Shown piece by piece: positions 1 to 7,857 of a stretch of DNA of 20,000 bases (positions are counted from its first letter, which is position 1; each line of letters starts with the position of its first letter). Both the position numbers and the translations under genes were made by a program. The stretch covers positions 56,587 to 76,586 of the forward strand of contig JBGQBE010000011.1 of NCBI GenBank assembly GCA_041494685.1. The letters run 5' to 3'. The DNA is from Dehalococcoidia bacterium. GTDB taxonomy: Bacteria > Chloroflexota > Dehalococcoidia > DSTF01 > JACRBR01. The notes beneath the pieces are model-generated. The model had not been told where the DNA came from, searched no databases, and saw only the letters and a program-made list of their open reading frames with translations.

Positions 1-1
1 C

Positions 2-892
2 GACCGCGCCCGCACCACCCAGGTGCTGATCGACCCCAAGACCCGCCCGAACGACCTGGTCATGCCCGGCCACGTCTTCCCACTCCGCGCCCGCGAGGGC
101 GGCGTGCTCGTGCGCGCCGGCCAGACCGAGGCCACGGTCGACCTCTGCAAGCTCGCCGGCCTCTACCCGGCCGGCGTCCTCTGCGAGATCATGAACCAGG
201 ACGGCACCATGTCCCGCCTGCCGCAGCTCAAGCGCTTCGCCAGGCGCCACAACCTCAAGATCATCAGCGTCACCCAGCTCATCGAGTACCGCACCCACAA
301 GGAGAAGCTGGTCCGCCGCGTCGCCGACACCGTGCTGCCGACGGAGTACGGCGAGTGGCGCTGCATCGCCTACAAGGCGATCACCGACCCGGACGAGCAC
401 GTCGCGCTCGTCTACGGCGACGTCGCCGGCGATGATCCGGTGATGGTGCGCGTGCACAGCCAGTGCGTCACGGGCGACGTCTTCGGCTCGCAGCGCTGCG
501 ACTGCGGCGAGCAGTTGCACCTCGCGATGAAGATGATCGCCGACTCCGGCAAGGGCGTCGTCGTCTACATGCGGCAGGAAGGGCGCGGCATCGGCCTGCA
601 CAACAAGATCAAGGCCTACAAGCTGCAGGACCAGGGCATGGACACCGTCGAGGCCAACGAAGCCCTCGGCTTCCCCGCCGACCGCCGCGACTACGGCATC
701 GGCATGCAGATCCTCGTCGACCTTGGCCTCAAGAACCTGCGCCTGCTCACCAACAACCCCGCCAAGCGCGCCGGCCTTGAAGGCTTCGGCCTCCAGATCG
801 TGGACCGCGTCCCCGTCATCGCCGAGCCCAACGAGCACAACGTCCGCTACCTCGAAACCAAGCGCAAGAAGATGGGCCATCTGCTGGGGTAG
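2..892 (+). CDS. ribBA: Bifunctional DHBP synthase / GTP cyclohydrolase II, 5'-truncated by the window edge
   Basis: Frame is open from base 2 (DRARTTQVLIDP). DHBP synthase motifs PGHVFPL, RAGQTEA, CEIMNQDGTM. GCH II motifs VRVHSQCVTGDVFGSQRCDCG, RQEGRGIG, LLTNNP. Confidence 0.97.
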   Translation, partial: DRARTTQVLIDPKTRPNDLVMPGHVFPLRAREGGVLVRAGQTEATVDLCKLAGLYPAGVLCEIMNQDGTMSRLPQLKRFARRHNLKIISVTQLIEYRTHKEKLVRRVADTVLPTEYGEWRCIAYKAITDPDEHVALVYGDVAGDDPVMVRVHSQCVTGDVFGSQRCDCGEQLHLAMKMIADSGKGVVVYMRQEGRGIGLHNKIKAYKLQDQGMDTVEANEALGFPADRRDYGIGMQILVDLGLKNLRLLTNNPAKRAGLEGFGLQIVDRVPVIAEPNEHNVRYLETKRKKMGHLLG

Positions 893-1166
893 GTACGGGC
901 GGTAGCGCGGTGTCTGATGCTCGCGATCACCTTCTGTATGCGGCGACCGCGCGGCTAAGGTGCTCGCCTACGTCAGCCGAACAACTGCGCTGAAGCGCAT
1001 CGCCCGCGAGAAGAACCGCAACGGGGATCCGGCGAGGCGTGCGAGCTTGGATTCGGAGCGTCGCTGGGCAACGTCTAACGCCGAAACGGTATCGGGCTGT
1101 ACATCGTGAAGCGATTCCATGGAGACCCCCCTGTCCGGCGGGTTCTGGTACCGAAGCTGGACGACC

Positions 1167-1204
1167 GAAGGTCAGTATGGAGCGAAGCGGAATCACTGAC
1201 CTTC
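1167..1204. repeat. Perfect 10-bp inverted repeat GAAGGTCAGT/ACTGACCTTC around an 18-nt loop containing GGAGCGAAGCGG
   Basis: Read directly from the sequence; function unknown. Confidence 0.75.
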
Positions 1205-1231
1205 CTGCCAAGCGGCGAGCAAGAAAAAGGA

Positions 1232-1261
1232 TTGACAAGGGGCAGGCGCGTGCGAGACAAT
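1232..1261 (+). promoter_or_regulatory. Candidate sigma70-type promoter for the Rieske-like gene
   Basis: TTGACA (1232-1237), 18-bp spacer, GACAAT (1256-1261), preceded by the A-rich tract AAGAAAAAGG. Confidence 0.45.
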
Positions 1262-1387
1262 GGTCGCAGACTCGCTAGTACGTAATGAGTGACGGGTGCT
1301 TGACGAGTCGGCAGTGGAAGACCGATGAAGAAGCTATGCATACATCGTTGCCGCCGCTCCCTCTGGCGTCCGGAGGGCGATTAGGCG

Positions 1388-1915
1388 ATGAGATCCCGCC
1401 GTCGATCTCGGCCGGTGGCGACCGGTGCGTTCTTGGCCTGTCTCTGCATGACGATTACGGTGTTAGGTTGTTCGAACAACAGTCACGTCGTTCGGCTTGG
1501 CTCGGTTGACGCGTTAAGCGTGGATGAACCGGTCCTGTACACGCAGTATCGGTTATATGTGGTTCGCCTAGCCCCTGGACCCGATGGCGCGCCACAAGTG
1601 CGTGCGCTCTCAGCCGTGTCTCCTTGGATGGGCTGTGCGATCGACTGGCAGCCGACGAGACGGTATGGGGGCGAAGGTTCGCAGGTGCCCTTGCATGTGG
1701 GCGTGTTCGCCGATCTCTGCGCGGGGGCGATCTTCGCCGCCGATGGCTCGTACCTGTCAGGGCCCTCTCCATCGAACCTCAACGAATTCAGGTTGACCGT
1801 GAGACCGGGCGATCAGACAATAGTTGTCGATCTGAATGACCGGATCTGTGGGTCTCATCCTCCCGGCCCGTCGCCCACAACCTGCGAGGCCACCGCTACG
1901 GCGACGCGCTCATAG
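1388..1915 (+). CDS. Exported (lipo)protein with a degenerate Rieske domain lacking [2Fe-2S] ligands
   Basis: GGAGGG upstream of the ATG. Basic N-region, hydrophobic stretch and lipobox VLG-C28. Rieske scaffold ALSAVSPWMGCAIDW...FADLCAGAIFAADGSYLSGPSPSNLNEF. Confidence 0.75.
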   Translation: MRSRRRSRPVATGAFLACLCMTITVLGCSNNSHVVRLGSVDALSVDEPVLYTQYRLYVVRLAPGPDGAPQVRALSAVSPWMGCAIDWQPTRRYGGEGSQVPLHVGVFADLCAGAIFAADGSYLSGPSPSNLNEFRLTVRPGDQTIVVDLNDRICGSHPPGPSPTTCEATATATRS

Positions 1916-2254
1916 CTCTGACTCGTTACGCCGAATGATCCACTCCCCGCGCTTGGCCATTCGGCGACCTTGGTCCACAGTCAAGAGGCTTGGCGATGCC
2001 TACAACCGGCAAACGCGCGGGTGTATGGCCGGAGGGTTCACGGCGGTGCGACGTCGCCCTCCTGGCTCATAGGCGGAGCGGGTTCTTCCGGCCAAGCCAC
2101 CATAATCCGACTGTCTGGCGATTATGTCGGTTCCAGCGCTCTCACAAAGCCCGAATCTGTCCCGGAAATGGGACAAACGCACCACTCGCTGCACCCTCCG
2201 CCGCGCGATGATGAAGGTGGCGGATGCGCTATCCTGCCACTACCGGAGGATCCA

Positions 2255-2737
2255 TTGGCCAAAGGCGGACTCAGCTTCGAGGGCGGGCTCGACGCGGCCG
2301 GGCTGCGCGTAGCCGTAGTCGTCGCGCGCTTTAACGCGCACGTAACAGGCCCGCTGTACGATGGTTGCAGGGACGAGCTCGCCTGCCGCGGCCTCGACCT
2401 CGACACTCTGACCGCCGTCGAGGTACCCGGCTGCTTCGAGCTGCCGGTCGTCGCGAAGGAGCTCGCCGCCAGCGGCCGCTACGACGCGGTGATCTGCATC
2501 GGCGCGGTCATCCGCGGCGACACGCCGCACTTCGACTACGTGTCGTCGGGCACCGCCAGCGGCATCCAGCGCGCCGCGCTCGATACCGGCGTACCGGTCA
2601 TCTTCGGCGTGCTGACGACGGACAACGAGGAGCAGGCGCTCGAACGCATCGGCGGCGCCGCCGGCCACAAGGGGCGCGAGGCCGCGCTCACGGCGATCGA
2701 GATCGCCCACACGATGCGCCGGCTGCGCGCGGGCTGA
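2255..2737 (+). CDS. ribH: 6,7-dimethyl-8-ribityllumazine synthase
   Basis: Motifs VVARFN, VPGCFELP, IGAVIRGDTPHFDYV, PVIFGVLTTD, HKGREAA. Start moved to TTG 2255, behind GGAGGA (2245-2250). Confidence 0.96.
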   Translation: MAKGGLSFEGGLDAAGLRVAVVVARFNAHVTGPLYDGCRDELACRGLDLDTLTAVEVPGCFELPVVAKELAASGRYDAVICIGAVIRGDTPHFDYVSSGTASGIQRAALDTGVPVIFGVLTTDNEEQALERIGGAAGHKGREAALTAIEIAHTMRRLRAG

Positions 2738-2808
2738 GCCGTGCCGGCGCATACACAGGCATACGACGCCCCGCCACCAGGCGGGGGAATCGCACAGGAG
2801 GCGACATC

Positions 2809-3204
2809 ATGGCAGTAAAAGCAGACGAAGTCCGTCACCCGGACCAGGTCGAAGACGATTTCGATTGGGAGGCCGTGGCCAAGGGCGAGCGTGTCGACGC
2901 CGAGACGCACCGCACGCTGCGCCTGGCGCACCGCGCCATCGCCAAGTTCCCGGAGATGAGCGGCAAGTACAAGGCTTACGCCGGCGCCGTCGCCGTCGTC
3001 TCCAGCGTCGCGACGCTCATGGGCGCCGTCGCTATCAGTCGCAAGATGAAGCGCGGCATGAGCGCCGACAAGGCGCTCGCGTCGCTCACCATCGCCGACA
3101 TCGAGGCCGCCGTCCACGTCGCCGCGCGCGACCAGCGCTACAAGCGCCTGATCCGCAAGATCTCCCGCCGCGGCGCGAAACCCTCCCAGGACCAGACAGA
3201 GTAG
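2809..3204 (+). CDS. Hypothetical protein (131 aa) with one hydrophobic segment
   Basis: AGGAGG RBS before ATG 2809 (MAVKADEVRH). Host-like GC-rich third codon positions. Hydrophobic stretch AGAVAVVSSVATLMGAVAI. Confidence 0.8.
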   Translation: MAVKADEVRHPDQVEDDFDWEAVAKGERVDAETHRTLRLAHRAIAKFPEMSGKYKAYAGAVAVVSSVATLMGAVAISRKMKRGMSADKALASLTIADIEAAVHVAARDQRYKRLIRKISRRGAKPSQDQTE

Positions 3205-3213
3205 CGCCCGCCG

Positions 3214-3666
3214 GTGCGGCGCGATCGCGTCTACGCCTTCCGCTGGCGCCCGCCCCGGCGCCGCGATCTCGATGCCGCCGGCCTCGCCGTCCGCTTCGTC
3301 GTCAACGTCGCCGCGCTCTGGTTCGCCCAGCTCATCATCCGCGGCTTCGATATCGACAGTGCCTCCGCGCTGATCTTCGGCGCGGCCATCTTCGGCCTCG
3401 TCAACGCCCTCATCCGCCCCGTCGTCGCCATGTTCTCCTGCCTGCTCACGTGCGCGACGCTCGGCCTCTTCACACTGATCATCAACACCGCCATGCTGGC
3501 CCTCACCGCCCGCATCGCCGATGTCTTCGGACTCGCCTTCACCGTCCACGGATTCCGCGCCGCCTTCCTGGGCGCCCTCGTCATCTCCATCGTCAGCACG
3601 GTCCTCAGCCGCTGGGCCGACCGCCAGGTCCTCGGCCACGAGCCGGGCTTCGACGACTGGGGCTGA
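3214..3666 (+). CDS. Phage holin family 4-TMS membrane protein (YvlD/DUF360-like)
   Basis: Family signature FGLVNALIRPVV...ATLGLFTLIINTAML...FRAAFLGALVISIV. Start codon uncertain. Confidence 0.9.
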   Translation: MRRDRVYAFRWRPPRRRDLDAAGLAVRFVVNVAALWFAQLIIRGFDIDSASALIFGAAIFGLVNALIRPVVAMFSCLLTCATLGLFTLIINTAMLALTARIADVFGLAFTVHGFRAAFLGALVISIVSTVLSRWADRQVLGHEPGFDDWG

Positions 3667-3724
3667 TTCGCTTTACATAGCGAGCCTGGCCGTCGATGAA
3701 CGCCGTTCATCGGACACATAACGA

Positions 3725-3753
3725 TTGCCGATCGGCCCCACCCGTGCTATTCT
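3725..3753 (+). promoter_or_regulatory. Candidate sigma70 promoter with extended -10, upstream of the 3871 gene and rpsU
   Basis: TTGCCG (3725-3730), 17-bp spacer ending in TGc, then TATTCT (3748-3753). Confidence 0.55.
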
Positions 3754-3870
3754 TGCAGCCCCGTGGGTTCCTCTCCGGGACAAGCTGGGACATCGTGAAA
3801 GACCTGCTGCCGGCGCACCCCGCGCGCTGGCGCTGCGTGCCGTATTGGCCGTCCGGGAGGTTCGTCGGAA

Positions 3871-4407
3871 GTGCATGTAACGCCAGACGCGTGCGAGGCC
3901 CTGAGCAAGCTCCTGGTCCGCCGCCCGAATCAAGACCGCTGTCTGCGCCTCAGCACCGTCCAGGGCAACTACCGCTTCGTGATGGACGAACCCATCGAGC
4001 AGGACATCACCTACCACTACGAAGACCGCCTCGTCCTCTGCGTCTCCGAGACCGTCTCCCGCGACCTCTGGGGCATCACCGTCGATTGCACGCTTGAGGA
4101 TGGCAAGAAGAAGCTGATCTTCCGCAAAGCCCGCCATGGCGAGCCCTTCGACGCCGTCAAGGACGACACCGAGGTCGTGCCGCCGCAGTGGCGCACCAGC
4201 GAACACGAGCGCCTGCTCGCCGAGATCGCCGAGATCGGCCGCCAGATCGCCACGCTTCGGGGCGGCTCCAAGAGCGCCCTGCGCGAGCAACTCCAGGTGC
4301 TCGAAGCGAAGAAACAGGAGAAATGGGACGCCATTCGCACCCTCTGGGCGGGCGATGGCGGCTGGCACAAACGCAACGGGGCTGTTCCTGTGCAGGCAGC
4401 CGAGTAA
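3871..4407 (+). CDS. Hypothetical protein: HesB/IscA-like N-terminal domain plus C-terminal coiled coil
   Basis: GGGAGG RBS. Pattern MHVTPDACEALSKLL..LRL..DEPIEQDITYHYEDRLVLCVSETVSRDLWGITVD resembles HesB-like folds. C-terminal heptads end in LEAKKQEKWDAIR. Confidence 0.75.
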   Translation: MHVTPDACEALSKLLVRRPNQDRCLRLSTVQGNYRFVMDEPIEQDITYHYEDRLVLCVSETVSRDLWGITVDCTLEDGKKKLIFRKARHGEPFDAVKDDTEVVPPQWRTSEHERLLAEIAEIGRQIATLRGGSKSALREQLQVLEAKKQEKWDAIRTLWAGDGGWHKRNGAVPVQAAE

Positions 4408-4454
4408 ACTGGGGCGGTATACGCACCCGCCCCGGCGGGTAGATTGGAGCGTTC

Positions 4455-4652
4455 GTGGCGTCAGTAGACCTTCGTGACGGGGAATCCCCCGAACATCTGA
4501 TTACGCGCTTCCGCCAGATGGTGCAGCGCGACGGCATCCTGCGCGAGATCAAGCAGCGCCGGCACTTCATCCCCAAGAGTGAGCGCCGCCGCATCGCCCG
4601 CGCCAAGGCCGCCCGCCGCCGCCGCAGGGCGAAGCGCACCGTCCCCGCGTAA
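4455..4652 (+). CDS. rpsU: 30S ribosomal protein bS21
   Basis: 65 aa; VDLRDGES..LITRFRQMVQRDGILREIKQRRHFIPKSERRR; Arg-rich tail; GGAG RBS. Confidence 0.93.
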   Translation: MASVDLRDGESPEHLITRFRQMVQRDGILREIKQRRHFIPKSERRRIARAKAARRRRRAKRTVPA

Positions 4653-4667
4653 CCCGCTCCGCGCAGC

Positions 4668-5510
4668 CTACGGATCGATCCCCAGCAGCCGTGCCGCGTT
4701 CTCGCGCAGGATCTTCGGCTTCACCTCGTCCAGGAAGCCCGCGCCCTCGAAGTCGCGCAGCCAGCGCTCCGGCGTGATCGCCGGATAGTCCGAGCCGAAG
4801 ATCACCTTGTCGCTCACCATGTGGTTGGCGTACGTGATCAGCGACGGCGAGAAGTACTTCGGCGACCAGCCCGACAGATCCATGTACACGTTCGGCTTGT
4901 GGACCAGCATCGCCAGCTGCTCCTCCTGCCACGGCCACGCCGGGTGCGCCATCACGATCGTCAGTTCCGGGAAGTCCGCCGCCACGTCGTCCATGTACGG
5001 GATCGGCCGCGCGTACCCCAGCTTGATGCCGCCGCCGCCCGGGCGGCCCGCGCCGACGCCTGTCGTGCCCGCGTGGAACAGCACGATCAACCCCAGCTCC
5101 TGCGCCTTCGCCCACAGCGGATAGAAACGCGGGTCGTTCGGGTAAAACTGCTGCGACGACGGGTGGAACTTCAGCCCCTTCAGCCCCAGATCCCGCACCC
5201 GCTCCGCCTCCAGCACCGCCGCCCGTCCCTTCCACGGGTCCACGTTGCCGAACGCGGCGAACGTGTCCGGCCAGCGGCGCACGCACTCCGCGAAGTACTC
5301 GTTCGGCACCGGCGGCCGCCCCGTCGCCGTCTCCGTGTCGATCGCGAACAGCACGCCGAACATGTCCAGGCGCTGGTAGTAGTCCGCCATCTCCTCCGTG
5401 GTCGACGGCGGCGGCTCGCCGCGGAAGTACGCGGCCATCTCCGCCTGCTCCTGCGTCGAGAGCCCACCGGGCCCCGGCGGGTGGATGTGGAAGTCGATCA
5501 GCTTGGCCAC
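4668..5510 (-). CDS. Amidohydrolase_2 family metallohydrolase (resembles CouO-type beta-ketoacyl-CoA hydrolases)
   Basis: Motifs IDFHIH, GLKFHP, FHAGTTGVGAG, MAHPAWPW, VYMDLSGWSPKYF, FGSDYP. Substrate not established. Confidence 0.88.
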   Translation of the reverse strand: MAKLIDFHIHPPGPGGLSTQEQAEMAAYFRGEPPPSTTEEMADYYQRLDMFGVLFAIDTETATGRPPVPNEYFAECVRRWPDTFAAFGNVDPWKGRAAVLEAERVRDLGLKGLKFHPSSQQFYPNDPRFYPLWAKAQELGLIVLFHAGTTGVGAGRPGGGGIKLGYARPIPYMDDVAADFPELTIVMAHPAWPWQEEQLAMLVHKPNVYMDLSGWSPKYFSPSLITYANHMVSDKVIFGSDYPAITPERWLRDFEGAGFLDEVKPKILRENAARLLGIDP

Positions 5511-5577
5511 GCGCCTACCTCCCGCTGCCGCTACTGCGTGATCCGGATCGCCGCGGCGGCAACCCGGTGAAACATCG

Positions 5578-7020
5578 TCACTTCATCAACCCGACCTGCA
5601 CGTTACGGAAGCGCGCCGCCGCCGCCCCGTGCCCCGTGTGCGCCACCTGCTCCGGCTGGCCCTTGCCGCAGTTCGGCGTGCCCCATACCACCCACTCGTC
5701 GCGGTTGGCCACCGCGTCGCAGCCGCCCCAGAACCGGGGCGTGATGCCCGTGTACGTCGCGTTCTTCACCAGGTCGCCCAGCTTACCGTGCTTGATCTCG
5801 CGCGCGATCTCCGTGCCGAACTGGAAGTTGAGCCGCCGGTCGTCGATGCTCCAGCTCCGGTTCGTCTCCATGTAGATGCCGTCGTCCGTGTCGGCGATCA
5901 TATCCGCCAGCGTCCACTCGCCGGGCTCCAGGTTGACGTTCGTCATCCGGATCAGCGGGATCTTGTCCCACCCCGATGCCCGCATCGCCCCGCCGCTCCG
6001 CTGCCCCAGCGCCGCCGCCGTCTCGCGCGACGTCAGGTAGCCCACGAACCGCCCGTCGCGCACGATTGGCGTCGCCTGCGCCGGCACCCCCTCGTCGTCG
6101 AACCCGAACGTGCCCAGCCCGCCCGGGATCGTCGCGTCGGCCGTCATATTCACATGCCCGGAGCCGTACATGAAGCTCCCCAGTTTGTCCGTCGTCAAGA
6201 AGCTCGTCCCCGCGAACGCAGCCTCGGTGCCCAGCACCCGGTCCAGCTCGATCGGGTGCCCGCACGACTCGTGGATCTGCAGCGCCACCTGGCTGCCGTC
6301 CAGGATCACCGTCGTCACGCCCGGCTCCTGCGTCTTCGCCCGCAGCAGCGCTGACGCCTCCTCCGCGACCCGACCGGCGTTGCCCGCCAGGTCGTACCGC
6401 TCGACGAACTCCCAGCCTTCGGTGCCCTGGTGCCGTCCGACGCTGTTCGGATAGCTGCGGTTCTGCACGTCGCCCTCGTCCACCGCCGTCGCCTCGATGC
6501 CGCAGCCCGTCTCATACAGCTCCTGCTCGATGTACGCGCCCTCGCTCGACGCGAACACCTTGTCCTCCCGCTGGCAGTACAGGTTCCCCTCCGCCGCCAC
6601 GATGTTCGGCACCGCCATCATCGTCTCGTTCGCGCGCAGCAGCAGCGAGATCCGGTCGTCCAGCGAGACCGCGAACGGGTCGCGCCGCACCGGCGTGCGG
6701 TAGGTGCCGCTACCCGACTGCGGCGGCCCGATGTCCGCGCGCGGCCCGCGCACCAGCGCCGACGACCGCGCCACGCGCACCGCCTCCGCCGCGATCGCGT
6801 CCGCCTCGTCCAGCGTCATCCGGTGGCTCGCCGCGAAGCCCCAGTAGCCGTCCACGATCACCCGCACGCCGAACCCCAGCGTCTCCTCCGACGTCAGCGC
6901 CTCGACGTTCTTGTTGCGTACGGAGACCGACTCGGCGCGCAGCCGCACGACGCGCACGTCCGCGTAGTCCGCGCCGCGTTGCCGCGCGGTATCCAGGGCG
7001 CGCAGGGCCAGGTCGCGCAT
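5578..7020 (-). CDS. tldD: TldD/PmbA family metalloprotease, catalytic TldD type
   Basis: GADYADVR, GFGVRV, intact HExxxH (IHESCGH), FDDEG, IRMTNVNL, C-terminal NCGKGQP. Confidence 0.92.
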   Translation of the reverse strand: MRDLALRALDTARQRGADYADVRVVRLRAESVSVRNKNVEALTSEETLGFGVRVIVDGYWGFAASHRMTLDEADAIAAEAVRVARSSALVRGPRADIGPPQSGSGTYRTPVRRDPFAVSLDDRISLLLRANETMMAVPNIVAAEGNLYCQREDKVFASSEGAYIEQELYETGCGIEATAVDEGDVQNRSYPNSVGRHQGTEGWEFVERYDLAGNAGRVAEEASALLRAKTQEPGVTTVILDGSQVALQIHESCGHPIELDRVLGTEAAFAGTSFLTTDKLGSFMYGSGHVNMTADATIPGGLGTFGFDDEGVPAQATPIVRDGRFVGYLTSRETAAALGQRSGGAMRASGWDKIPLIRMTNVNLEPGEWTLADMIADTDDGIYMETNRSWSIDDRRLNFQFGTEIAREIKHGKLGDLVKNATYTGITPRFWGGCDAVANRDEWVVWGTPNCGKGQPEQVAHTGHGAAAARFRNVQVGLMK

Positions 7021-7035
7021 CGCGGTGTTCCTCCG

Positions 7036-7857
7036 CTACTGCGCGGCGTTCGCCGCGGCCGCATCCTGCAGGAAGTCGGTGACGTCGGCGTTCAGCTCGT
7101 CCGCGCACTCCATGAAGAAGAGATGCCGCCCGCCCGGGTAGAGCTTCAGCCGCACGTCGGGGATGCCGGCGGCCAGCACGCGCCCGTTCTCGACGGGCAC
7201 CGTGCCGTCGTCTGTGCCGTGCGCGACGAACGTTGGGCAGGCGATCTCGCGCAGCCGCGCCTGCGTGTCGTGCGCGAGCACCGCCGCGAGCTGTGTCGCG
7301 CGCCCCTCCGGCGTCGACCGCAGCTCCGCGTTCGCCAGCGACCGCGCGACGATCTCCGCGTCGTGCGCCGCCACGTATGTGTCGCTGTAGTTGAGCGCGT
7401 AGGTCGAGCGCACCGCCGCGGCGGGATCGGTGATCTCGCTCGCCGCGATGAACTTCGCCATGTTCTCTTCCGGGGCCGGCACGTGCGCCGCGCCGCCCGC
7501 CGACGTGCACCCCAGCACCAGCCGCCGCACCCGGCGCGGATGCTCCAGCGCGATGTGCTGCGCCATCATGCCGCCGAACGACGTGCCGAAGACGTGCGCC
7601 GCCGCGATGCCCGCCGCGTCAAGCACGGCCGCCGCGTCGTCGGCGTAGGTCTTCGGCGTCGCCGCGCCGTCTCCCTCGCTCGACCGGCCAGCGCCGCGCG
7701 GGTCGAACACGATGACGCGGAAATGCCGCGCCAGCTCGGGCAGGTTCGCCCAGTAGATCTCGACGGTACAGCCGAAGCCCGGGTGCAGCAGCAGCGGCTC
7801 GCCCGCGCCGTGGACTTCGTAGTACAGGCGCGCGCCCGGCGCCTCAGCGTACGGCAT
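7036..7857 (-). CDS. Alpha/beta hydrolase (enol-lactonase/PhaZ-like group)
   Basis: LYYEVHGAGEPL, FDPRGAGRS, nucleophile elbow GTSFGG, HGTDD, GGRH. Confidence 0.92.
   Translation of the reverse strand: MPYAEAPGARLYYEVHGAGEPLLLHPGFGCTVEIYWANLPELARHFRVIVFDPRGAGRSSEGDGAATPKTYADDAAAVLDAAGIAAAHVFGTSFGGMMAQHIALEHPRRVRRLVLGCTSAGGAAHVPAPEENMAKFIAASEITDPAAAVRSTYALNYSDTYVAAHDAEIVARSLANAELRSTPEGRATQLAAVLAHDTQARLREIACPTFVAHGTDDGTVPVENGRVLAAGIPDVRLKLYPGGRHLFFMECADELNADVTDFLQDAAAANAAQ

Noticed and set aside
1970..2254. 95-aa N-terminal extension on RibH
   Set aside because: No domain character, atypical codons, and a strong RBS in front of TTG 2255.
893..2254. FMN riboswitch within the rib operon
   Set aside because: Conserved RFN blocks (AGGGCGGGGTG, AAATTCCC, GATCCGGT, CCGACAGT, AGTCTGGATG) are not present.
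3214..3666. Prophage lysis cassette
   Set aside because: This membrane family is common in chromosomes; no endolysin or phage genes nearby.
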